This document shows positions 56,209-64,000 of a stretch of 64,000 nt of DNA, in pieces (the first letter of the stretch is position 1; each line of letters begins with the position of its first letter). The stretch spans positions 37,212 through 101,211 of the forward strand of contig CAZQVL010000001.1 in NCBI GenBank assembly GCA_964596715.1, written 5' to 3'. The position numbers and the translations under genes were made by a program. The notes below the pieces were generated by a model. The model was not told the origin of the DNA. It saw only the letters and a list, made by a program, of their open reading frames with translations, and searched no databases. The stretch is from an uncultured Rikenellaceae bacterium (GTDB lineage: Bacteria; Bacteroidota; Bacteroidia; Bacteroidales; VadinHA17).

Positions 56209-59200
56209 ATGAGTATATATAGTTCTTCTGTAAAACGACCTGTTACAACCATCCTGATTTTTATAGGTATGATTGTTATAGGATTATATTCGCTGGTAAA
56301 CCTGCCGGTGGATCTTTACCCCGAAATAGAATTGCCGTTCGTTTCAGTTCTTACAACCTATCCCGGGGCTAGTGCATCAGATGTTGAGACCAATGTAACC
56401 CGTCCGCTTGAAGATGCCCTTAATTCTGTGAGTAATCTTAAAGAGCTTATTTCTACCTCAAGCGACGGAGTTTCGGTGATTTTCCTGAGTTTTGAATATG
56501 GTTCAAATCTGGATGAGGCAATGAATGATATCCGGAGTAACATGAATTTTGTGTTGAATTTTTTGCCGGAGGATTGTGAGGACCCGACGATAATAAAATT
56601 TAACTCGAGCATGATGCCAATAATTTTCTATGCTGTGACAGCCAGTGAAAGTTATGCAGGGCTTGAAAAGATCCTTGATGAAAAAATCGTCAATCCGTTA
56701 AACAGGATTGAAGGTGTTGGTAATGTTTCACTTACTGGTGTGCCCGGGAGAAGAATATACATTGATGTCGATCCCCGCAAGATGGAGGCTTATCATCTGA
56801 CCATTGAGCAGATTGGTAGTATTCTTGGAGCTGAGAATATAAATATGCCTGCAGGATACCTTGAAATGGGACAGACAGATTATCCCCTTCGTATCCAGGG
56901 CGAATTCCCTGAAAGTGATATAGTTAAGAATATTGTAGTCAGTAACTATAATGGTAATGCAGTATATCTGAAAGACATAGCTGAAGTAAGGGATACCATC
57001 CGCGAATCAAAGCTTGATACCAAGATTAACGGAGAGCGCGGAATGGGAGTCTTTGTTCAGAAACAGTCAGGTGGTAATACGGTTAAGATTACAAGGGAAA
57101 TTGAAAAGTCTTTAGAGGATCTGCAAAAGGATCTTCCTCCCGACATAAAAATAGAGAAGCTTTTTGACAGTGCTTCTTTCATAACCGATTCGATTAACAA
57201 CCTGTCGCACACATTATTGTATGCTGCAATTTTTGTTGTTCTTGTTGTTCTTTTCTTCCTTGGAAGGTGGAGAGCGACAATAATAGTAATATTTACAATT
57301 CCTGTTTCGCTGGTAGTTGCGTTCATATATCTTTTTGTATCAGATGCTTCGATTAATATAATCTCACTTGTCTCACTTTCCATTGCAATCGGTATGGTGG
57401 TCGATGACGCCATTGTTGTTCTGGAGAATATAGCGAGACATATCGAAAGAGGAAGCCGGCCCAGAGAAGCAGCAATTTATGCGACAAATGAAGTATGGCT
57501 TGCGGTAATAATAACAACCCTTACTGTTGTTGCAGTCTTCTTCCCCCTTACCTTCGTTAAAGGTCTTACAGGAGTTCTTTTCAAGCAGCTTGGGATGAGT
57601 GTTACAATCATCATTGTAACTTCCACGGTTGCAGCAATAACCCTTACTCCGACATTAAGCGCCCTGATGCTGAAATACCGGCCGGTTAAACGGAATCCTC
57701 CATTATGGACATATGACGGAAGTATAAGAAAAGGTCTGGACCTGTTCGATAAATTCTATGAAAAAACCCTGCGATGGGCGTTGCATCATAAGAAGGTTGT
57801 CACAATTCTTTCGATAATAGTCTTTATTATATCAATGAGCCTCTTCGGTGTAGTCGATACCGAGTTTTTCCCGGAAGCGGATGAATCAACGATTTATGCC
57901 ACAGTAGAGCTTCAGACCGGAACAAGAGTGGACAAATCAGTCAGATTAGCTGATATGCTTGACAGTCTGGTCAAGGCAAAATATCCTGAGATTGACCTGA
58001 TTTCGACCTCCACAGGAAGTGATGACCAGGGAGGCTGGAGCTCGATATGGAGTGCCGGTGCAACACATATAATTCAAAGTACTTATAGTTTGATCCCTGT
58101 AAATGAGCGTAACAGAAATGTGTGGGATATTGCTGAAGAAATGAGAAAGGATTTTGCTGTTTATCCTGAAATAGTTGATTTTAATATATCCACAACAGCC
58201 GACATGGGAAGTTTTGGAGGAAACGTTGTGGAAGTGGAGGTTTATGGGTATGACATTACCGCAACAAACATTGTTGCAAAAGAACTTGCAGATAAGATAG
58301 AAAAGATAGAGGGAGCAAAGGACGTTACGATAAGTCGTGACAGGTCCAAACCAGAGCTTCAGATTATATTCGATCAGAATAAAATGAGTTCCAGCGGGCT
58401 GAATACGGCCATGGTTGCTGCAGCTGTCAGGAACAGGGTCGCAGGGCTCACTGCTACCAGATTGCGGCAGTTCGGAGATGAATATGATGTGGTTGTCAGG
58501 TATAAAAAGAATGCAAGAAGCACGCTGACTGACATAGAGAATATAGGGATAACCAATCAAATGGGACAGATTGTCAGGCTGGGTGAAATAGCTGAGATAA
58601 AAGAGTTCTGGGCTCCGCCAAGCATTGAACGTAAACGAAAAGAAAGGATCGTCAGGGTCTCCCTAACTCCATATAAGCGATCACTTACTGATCTCCAGAA
58701 AGATATCCAGGATGCAATTGATTCAACTCCAAAGCCTTCAGGAGTAATGGTCCAAATATCCGGAGCAATAGAGGAGCAGATGGAGGCATTTATGGATATT
58801 GCACTGCTTCTGGTTGTGAGCCTTATACTCGTGTATCTGGTCATGGCTTCGCAGTTTGAATCGCTCAAGATGCCATTTATCATAATGTTCTCTATCCCGT
58901 TTGCCTTCTCGGGCGTGGCAATAGCCTTGTGGGTCACAAGTACTACCCTGAGTGTAATCTCAGGAATCGGGGCTGTATTGCTCATAGGTATTGTTGTAAA
59001 GAATGCCATTGTGCTGGTTGATTTTATTAATCTGATGCGCGAGAGAGGTCTCGAATTATATGAAGCTATTGCAGTTTCAGGAAGGTCCAGGCTCAGACCT
59101 GTCTTTATGACCTCTGCCACAACTATTCTCGGAATGCTGCCACTGGCTTTAAGCAGTGGTCCGGGTTCAGAGCTCTGGAGTCCGATGGGTATTTCTGTTA

Positions 59201-59352
59201 TCGGAGGGCTGGTATTCTCAACTTTCGTTACACTTGTTCTTGTACCTGTAATTTATGCAGTTTTTGCAAAACATGGGGAAAGGAACAAACATCTTGCAAT
59301 ATATTCTGAGTTAAAGTTTCTTAACGGAGAAAATGAAAATGAGAATCAATAA
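56209..59352 (+). CDS. RND efflux transporter permease (AcrB/HAE1-like)
   Basis: The 1047-aa protein has 12 TM helices and two large periplasmic loops. It begins with RPV.T..I....I..G and contains GMVVDDAIVVLENI. Confidence 0.95.
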   Translation: MSIYSSSVKRPVTTILIFIGMIVIGLYSLVNLPVDLYPEIELPFVSVLTTYPGASASDVETNVTRPLEDALNSVSNLKELISTSSDGVSVIFLSFEYGSNLDEAMNDIRSNMNFVLNFLPEDCEDPTIIKFNSSMMPIIFYAVTASESYAGLEKILDEKIVNPLNRIEGVGNVSLTGVPGRRIYIDVDPRKMEAYHLTIEQIGSILGAENINMPAGYLEMGQTDYPLRIQGEFPESDIVKNIVVSNYNGNAVYLKDIAEVRDTIRESKLDTKINGERGMGVFVQKQSGGNTVKITREIEKSLEDLQKDLPPDIKIEKLFDSASFITDSINNLSHTLLYAAIFVVLVVLFFLGRWRATIIVIFTIPVSLVVAFIYLFVSDASINIISLVSLSIAIGMVVDDAIVVLENIARHIERGSRPREAAIYATNEVWLAVIITTLTVVAVFFPLTFVKGLTGVLFKQLGMSVTIIIVTSTVAAITLTPTLSALMLKYRPVKRNPPLWTYDGSIRKGLDLFDKFYEKTLRWALHHKKVVTILSIIVFIISMSLFGVVDTEFFPEADESTIYATVELQTGTRVDKSVRLADMLDSLVKAKYPEIDLISTSTGSDDQGGWSSIWSAGATHIIQSTYSLIPVNERNRNVWDIAEEMRKDFAVYPEIVDFNISTTADMGSFGGNVVEVEVYGYDITATNIVAKELADKIEKIEGAKDVTISRDRSKPELQIIFDQNKMSSSGLNTAMVAAAVRNRVAGLTATRLRQFGDEYDVVVRYKKNARSTLTDIENIGITNQMGQIVRLGEIAEIKEFWAPPSIERKRKERIVRVSLTPYKRSLTDLQKDIQDAIDSTPKPSGVMVQISGAIEEQMEAFMDIALLLVVSLILVYLVMASQFESLKMPFIIMFSIPFAFSGVAIALWVTSTTLSVISGIGAVLLIGIVVKNAIVLVDFINLMRERGLELYEAIAVSGRSRLRPVFMTSATTILGMLPLALSSGPGSELWSPMGISVIGGLVFSTFVTLVLVPVIYAVFAKHGERNKHLAIYSELKFLNGENENENQ

Positions 59353-59367
59353 TTTAACAAATTAAAG

Positions 59368-59664
59368 ATGATGAAGGCAATAATGATAATTTATAATCAG
59401 GCTCACACAGAGAAAATAGAGTATATGCTGGACAAACTTGGTGTCAGAGGTTATTCGCTGTGGGAGAACATGCAGGGAAGAGGCACCAGTACCGGTGTTC
59501 CGCATCTTGGTACACATACATGGCCGGAGATCAACAAAGGAGTTCTTACCATTGTTGAGGATGATATTGTAGAGACAGTACTAGATAAAGTGAAAAAAAT
59601 TGATGTTATGAACGAGGATGTCGGCATCAGGGCATTTGTCTGGGATGTTATAATGACTGTATAG
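59368..59664 (+). CDS. Small PII-like, transporter-associated protein (PG0541-like family, tentative)
   Basis: The 98-aa soluble protein starts 15 nt after the RND pump stop. Its beta-alpha-beta periodicity (MKAIMIIYNQAH.EKIEYMLDKLGVRGYS....GRG...G...G.H.WP) resembles that family. The family name is from memory. Confidence 0.6.
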   Translation: MMKAIMIIYNQAHTEKIEYMLDKLGVRGYSLWENMQGRGTSTGVPHLGTHTWPEINKGVLTIVEDDIVETVLDKVKKIDVMNEDVGIRAFVWDVIMTV

Positions 59665-59730
59665 GTTTGACATGCACTCACTCCCAACCCCCTCTCTGCT
59701 TTGAATAAAGTGTGCTTAAAATACTGAGTT

Positions 59731-61887
59731 CTATTCCTCTTCCTCCTCTTCAGCGTAAGCTTTGATTACAGCATCCTGAACATCTCCGGGAACCTGGGAA
59801 TATTCCGCAAACTTCATGGAATACATTGCACGTCCTCCGGTTAATGAGCTCAGAGCAGTTGAGTATTTATTCATTTCCGCGAGGGGTACTTTAGCCTTAA
59901 TAATTTCAAATCTTTTTTCACTTGACATACCAAGTACCAATCCGCGACGACTCTGGAGATCGCTTATGACATCTCCCATACGATCTGACGGAACCATGAT
60001 CTCAACATCATATATTGGCTCAAGGATTTTAGGACCGGCATTCTTGAATGCTATGCTGAATGCATTACGTCCGGCAAGCCTGAAAGATATTTCATTGGAA
60101 TCTACTGGATGCATCTTTCCGTCGTAAACATAAACCCTTATATCCCTTGCATATGATCCTGTCAGCGGACCAACTTCCATCTTTTCCATTATGCCCCTCA
60201 GTATTGCCGGCATGAAACGGGCGTCGATCGATCCTCCCACAATGCAGTTTACATAAACAAGTTTTCCTCCCCACTGAAGATCGATCTCTTCCTTATCTCT
60301 TACTGAAAGTTTGATCTCCCTACCTGCAATCTTTTGCATTGATACTTCACGGGAACCCTCTTCATAAGGTTCAATGATCATATAAACCTCACCGAACTGC
60401 CCGGCACCACCAGATTGTTTTTTATGACGGTAGTCCGCCTGTGCGGCTTTAGTTATTGTCTCCCGATATGGGATCTTTGGAGTATTTAAGTTGGCAGGAA
60501 TTCTGTAAATATTATCGAGGTGCCATTTCATTATGTTAAGATGATATTCCCCCTGTCCGTGTACTATGATCTGTTTCAGTTCCTTGGAATACTCAATAAT
60601 GATTGTTGGATCTTCAAGATGTATCTTATTGAGGGCTTCGCCAAGCTTCTCATCATCACTCTCACTCTGTGCTTTGATGGCTGTACGATATTTGGGTTCC
60701 GGAAATCTTATTTCCTCATATTTCCAGTCATTGCCGGGAGCATTCAGAGTATGATTTGTTCTGGTATTTTTAAGTTTAACTAAAGCTCCAATGTCACCGG
60801 CATATAGTTCCGACACTCTTGTCCGGTTCTTACCTGCGCAGATATATAGCTGTGAGAGCCTCTCCCTTGTACTGTTATTACTATTGATAACATCAAGGTT
60901 TTCAGTAACCTTGCCGGAATAAACCTTGAAGTAGTTTATCTCTCCAATGTGTTCTTCAATTGATGATTTAAAGATAAATACAGAAGCAGGACCTGCCGGA
61001 TCTGGTTTTACCTCTTTTCCTTTGCTGTTCACCGGTGCCGGTAAATCAGTAACTGACGGTGCTTCATTTACAATAAAATCAAGGAGTGAATCCACTCCGA
61101 CATTATTTTTCGCTGAGATACAGAACACCGGAAACATACCTCTTGTTACAATACCTTTTGCAATTCCTTTTTTTATTTCATCCTCAGTAAGGGTATCGTT
61201 TGAAAAGAAGAGTTCCATAAGTGATTCATCGCTCTCAGCTGCCTTTTCGATAAGGGCATTATGTAATTCGGCAGCTTTGTCTTTATGTTCGGCCGGTATA
61301 TCAACAATCTTTGCTGCTCCTCCCTCGCTGGGATACTGGAGCATTTTCATCTTAAGGATATCAATAATTGAATTAAATCCAACACCTTCATTAGCAGGGT
61401 ATTGAATAAGAACAACATCGTTGCCAAAGCGTTCCTTCATCATTTCAACTGACTTCTCAAAGTTGGTTTTTTCATGATCCAGGCCATTGACAACCAGAAT
61501 AAGCGGTTTATGAACGTTTTCCGCATGACGGAAATGTATATCAGAACCTACTTCAACACCATTCTGTACGTTGATAACCATTAGAGCACAGTCAGCAGCA
61601 TGCAGGGAAGAGATCACACCGCCACAGAAATCGTCTAAACCCGGTACGTCGAGGATATTAATTTTTTTGTTCTGTAATTCAGTATAAAGAACGGTTGAGA
61701 AGACAGAGTTCCCATTCTCATGTTCAATCGGGCGATAATCCGAAACTGTGTTTTTACCTTCGATTGTACCGCGTCGCTCTATAGCGCTGCCATTAAAGAG
61801 CATTGCTTCTGCAAGGGTTGTTTTTCCTGATCCGGAGTTACCAAGCAGACAAAGGTTCTTTATCTGGTCAGTCTGGTATGTTTTCAT
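59731..61887 (-). CDS. Elongation factor G paralog with divergent GTPase motifs
   Basis: It has the five-domain EF-G length (718 aa). G1 is GNSGSGKTT, G3 is DVPGLDDF (Leu84 where canonical EF-G has His) and G4 is NGLD instead of NKxD. Compare canonical fusA at 63200, which has [17 protein letters not shown] and NKMD. Confidence 0.9.
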   Translation of the reverse strand: MKTYQTDQIKNLCLLGNSGSGKTTLAEAMLFNGSAIERRGTIEGKNTVSDYRPIEHENGNSVFSTVLYTELQNKKINILDVPGLDDFCGGVISSLHAADCALMVINVQNGVEVGSDIHFRHAENVHKPLILVVNGLDHEKTNFEKSVEMMKERFGNDVVLIQYPANEGVGFNSIIDILKMKMLQYPSEGGAAKIVDIPAEHKDKAAELHNALIEKAAESDESLMELFFSNDTLTEDEIKKGIAKGIVTRGMFPVFCISAKNNVGVDSLLDFIVNEAPSVTDLPAPVNSKGKEVKPDPAGPASVFIFKSSIEEHIGEINYFKVYSGKVTENLDVINSNNSTRERLSQLYICAGKNRTRVSELYAGDIGALVKLKNTRTNHTLNAPGNDWKYEEIRFPEPKYRTAIKAQSESDDEKLGEALNKIHLEDPTIIIEYSKELKQIIVHGQGEYHLNIMKWHLDNIYRIPANLNTPKIPYRETITKAAQADYRHKKQSGGAGQFGEVYMIIEPYEEGSREVSMQKIAGREIKLSVRDKEEIDLQWGGKLVYVNCIVGGSIDARFMPAILRGIMEKMEVGPLTGSYARDIRVYVYDGKMHPVDSNEISFRLAGRNAFSIAFKNAGPKILEPIYDVEIMVPSDRMGDVISDLQSRRGLVLGMSSEKRFEIIKAKVPLAEMNKYSTALSSLTGGRAMYSMKFAEYSQVPGDVQDAVIKAYAEEEEEE

Positions 61888-62248
61888 TGTTACCTGGAAA
61901 TTTTATATTATACTTTTAATATACCCTGATTTTGAGGGGACAAAATTAATAATTTTTTAAAAACAGTTTAAGAAAGAGGTTATAATTACAAAATTATTAT
62001 TTTCTTTGCACAAGTTTTTTGAAATACAGGAGTACCGGTTTTTCTTTCCAGGTAAGTTTACAAAATTTTTTCGCGGGGAAAGATCGGGAAGGTACCTGTT
62101 AGTAGCTTACATCATTAAGTAAGAAATATTGTCTAAGAATAAAACTCAATAGCTGATTATTGTTAATGGTCAGGATTGTTAAGCCTGGATAATATGGTGT
62201 TATGAAAAAATTATGATGCTCGTTAGTAAATTAAGAAATAAAAAACAA

Positions 62249-62256
62249 TACCTTTG
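62249..62256 (+). promoter_or_regulatory. Candidate Bacteroides-type -7 promoter element (TACCTTTG) upstream of rpsL
   Basis: The sequence matches TAnnTTTG 47 nt upstream of the rpsL ATG. Confidence 0.35.
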
Positions 62257-62302
62257 CACACCATTTTTTTGAGTAAAAATTAATGCTAAAATAATTGGAT
62301 TT

Positions 62303-62677
62303 ATGCCGACAATACAGCAGTTAGTAAGAAAAGGCAGGAAAATTCTCGTTGATAAAAGTAAGGCACCTGCTCTGGATGCATGTCCTCAAAGAAGAGGGGT
62401 GTGTGTTCGTGTTTATACTACCACACCCAAGAAACCTAATTCAGCTATGAGGAAGGTAGCCAGGGTAAGGCTTACCAACCAGAAAGAAGTTAATGCTTAT
62501 ATTCCCGGGGAGGGTCATAATCTCCAGGAACACTCCATAGTACTTATCAGAGGCGGAAGGGTAAAAGATCTGCCTGGCGTCCGATACCACCTTATTCGTG
62601 GTGCACTGGATACTTCGGGAGTTGACGGACGTACTCAGAGAAGGTCGAAATATGGTGCAAAAAGACCAAAGAAATAA
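62303..62677 (+). CDS. rpsL: 30S ribosomal protein S12
   Basis: [12 protein letters not shown]...[15 protein letters not shown] is a near-universal S12 sequence. Confidence 0.98.
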   Translation: MPTIQQLVRKGRKILVDKSKAPALDACPQRRGVCVRVYTTTPKKPNSAMRKVARVRLTNQKEVNAYIPGEGHNLQEHSIVLIRGGRVKDLPGVRYHLIRGALDTSGVDGRTQRRSKYGAKRPKK

Positions 62678-62699
62678 CAACAGTTAAAGGAATAAGATA

Positions 62700-63176
62700 A
62701 TGAGAAAGACAAAACCCAGAAAGAAGATTCTGTTACCGGATCCTAAATACAACGATCCGTTTGTAACAAGGTTTGTTAATAATCTTATGCTTAATGGCAA
62801 AAAAAACCTCGCTTTTAAAATTTTCTACGACTCCCTTGATATTGTTGGTGAAAAATTCAAGAGTGAAGGCAAGACTCCTCTTGAGATTTTCAGGCAGGCT
62901 CTTGATAATGTCACTCCTCAGGTAGAAGTAAAAGCAAGGAGAGTTGGTGGTGCTACATTCCAGGTACCAATGGAGATTCGTACCGACAGGAAGGTAAGTA
63001 TCAGCATGAAAAACATGATATCCTTTGCAAGGAAAAGATCAGGCCATTCAATGGCTGAGCGGCTTGCTGCTGAGCTAATGGCCGCATATAAACTTGAAGG
63101 CGGAGCTTATAAAAAGAAAGAAGATACTCACAGGATGGCAGAGGCTAATAAGGCCTTCGCTCATTTCCGGTTTTGA
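62700..63176 (+). CDS. rpsG: 30S ribosomal protein S7
   Basis: MRK...[17 protein letters not shown] sequence, 158 aa, in str operon order. Confidence 0.98.
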   Translation: MRKTKPRKKILLPDPKYNDPFVTRFVNNLMLNGKKNLAFKIFYDSLDIVGEKFKSEGKTPLEIFRQALDNVTPQVEVKARRVGGATFQVPMEIRTDRKVSISMKNMISFARKRSGHSMAERLAAELMAAYKLEGGAYKKKEDTHRMAEANKAFAHFRF

Positions 63177-63199
63177 TTATCTGATTGGCAGAAGAAAAG

Positions 63200-64000
63200 A
63201 TGGATAAAAACCTGAAATATACCAGAAACATCGGGATCATGGCCCACATCGATGCCGGCAAGACCACTGCTACAGAACGTATTCTGTATTATACCGGCCG
63301 GACTCATCGAATGGGAGAGGTACATGATGGCAATGCCCAGATGGACTGGATGGTTCAGGAGCAGGAAAGAGGTATTACAATAACTTCTGCCGCCACGACA
63401 ACATACTGGAAATACAAAGGCGAAGAATTTAAAATTAATATTATTGATACTCCCGGTCATGTTGATTTTACTGTTGAAGTTGAGAGGTCACTGAGGGTGC
63501 TTGATGGGGCAGTTGCCATCTTCTGTGCAGTCGGGGGTGTTGAACCACAGTCGGAAACTGTCTGGAGACAGGCAAATAAATACCGTGTTCCACGAATTGC
63601 CTTTATCAATAAAATGGATCGTGCAGGCGCAGATTTCTTCAATGTTGCCCACCAGATTAAAACGAAACTGGGAGCTAATTCAGTCCCTATACAAATACCC
63701 ATTGGTTCAGAAGAGGATTTCAGAGGGATTGTAGATCTTATAAGGATGAAGGCAATTGTGTATTACGAGAACGATATAACAGGTTCAAATTTTGAAGTTG
63801 AAGATATTCCGGAGGAACTTCTTGAAGAAGCAAATGAATGGAGAGGTAAACTTATTGATTCTGTGGCTGAGGTTGACGATTCAATTCTGGCCAGATACCT
63901 CGAGGATCATGATTCAATTACAGTGGATGAAGTATTAACAGCACTAAGAAAATCAGTTAATCAGAGGCTTACAGTACCGGTCCTGTGTGGAGCTGCTTTG
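63200..64000 (+). CDS. fusA: Elongation factor G (canonical), 5' partial; continues beyond the window end
   Basis: Hand-translated from ATG 63200 as [33 protein letters not shown]...[25 protein letters not shown]...AFINKMDR. It is open to position 64000 and is not in the ORF track because no stop is reached. Confidence 0.95.
   Translation, partial: MDKNLKYTRNIGIMAHIDAGKTTATERILYYTGRTHRMGEVHDGNAQMDWMVQEQERGITITSAATTTYWKYKGEEFKINIIDTPGHVDFTVEVERSLRVLDGAVAIFCAVGGVEPQSETVWRQANKYRVPRIAFINKMDRAGADFFNVAHQIKTKLGANSVPIQIPIGSEEDFRGIVDLIRMKAIVYYENDITGSNFEVEDIPEELLEEANEWRGKLIDSVAEVDDSILARYLEDHDSITVDEVLTALRKSVNQRLTVPVLCGAAL

Noticed and set aside
57946-59120. Two long minus-strand ORFs (204 aa and 187 aa) antisense to the RND permease gene.
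   Set aside because: The plus-strand frame encodes an uninterrupted, motif-rich AcrB-like protein. The antisense ORFs have no recognisable domains.
60947-61405. A 152-aa plus-strand ORF antisense to the EF-G paralog.
   Set aside because: It is embedded in a well-supported CDS, and its Ser/Ala/Phe-rich product has no motifs.
63161-63734. Track ORFs (99 aa and 81 aa on the minus strand, 77 aa on the plus strand out of frame) in the last 800 nt.
   Set aside because: The frame starting at ATG 63200 encodes canonical EF-G with perfect G1-G4 motifs. It is missing from the track only because it has no stop within the window.

Overview
This 64-kb window is an AT-rich Bacteroidota chromosome segment. 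The taxon call rests on a SusC/SusD pair, a T9SS type-B C-terminal sorting domain, DUF4290-murA and parA-parB-DUF5683-mltD synteny, and TAnnTTTG-type -7 promoter motifs. Cytochrome bd and a HydF maturase suggest an anaerobic or microaerophilic lifestyle. About 50 tightly packed protein genes are present, and most are core functions:
- cydAB, pssA, parAB, a lytic transglycosylase, grpE-dnaJ, murA and kup
- M1 and M61 peptidases and a GH51 arabinofuranosidase
- a SusC/SusD/GH130 locus
- a UvrD-family helicase
- a TetR-TolC-MFP-RND efflux operon
- rpsL-rpsG-fusA (fusA runs off the window end)

I saw no rRNA, tRNA, CRISPR array, transposase, integrase or recognisable defence genes, so this is not an obvious mobile island.

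The most interesting parts are poorly characterised rather than foreign:
1. A translationally coupled operon (41285-44637, minus strand) encodes a TolB-like beta-propeller lipoprotein with a single CXXCH heme-c motif and a large polytopic membrane protein. A 7-TM LuxR-type regulator lies upstream, and its divergent promoter carries three TACTnnAGTA palindromes.
2. An EF-G paralog lacks the catalytic switch-II histidine and sits head-to-head with the str operon that encodes canonical EF-G.
3. A single 994-aa polypeptide fuses an SGNH domain to an MBOAT acyltransferase, next to an MltD-like transglycosylase.
4. An orphan sigma-54-type response regulator without a DNA-binding domain is embedded in an ABC-transporter/HydF gene string.
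5. A 48-bp tandem repeat places three copies of a perfect 23-bp palindrome in a divergent promoter.
6. Short GC-rich, hairpin-rich islands sit in otherwise AT-rich intergenic DNA.
7. Two gene remnants are present (DAHP synthase and PhzF).
8. An unannotated 45-codon ORF lies just after cydB.

All homology statements come from motif recognition by eye. No database search or structure prediction was run, and the coordinates of short elements were hand-counted.
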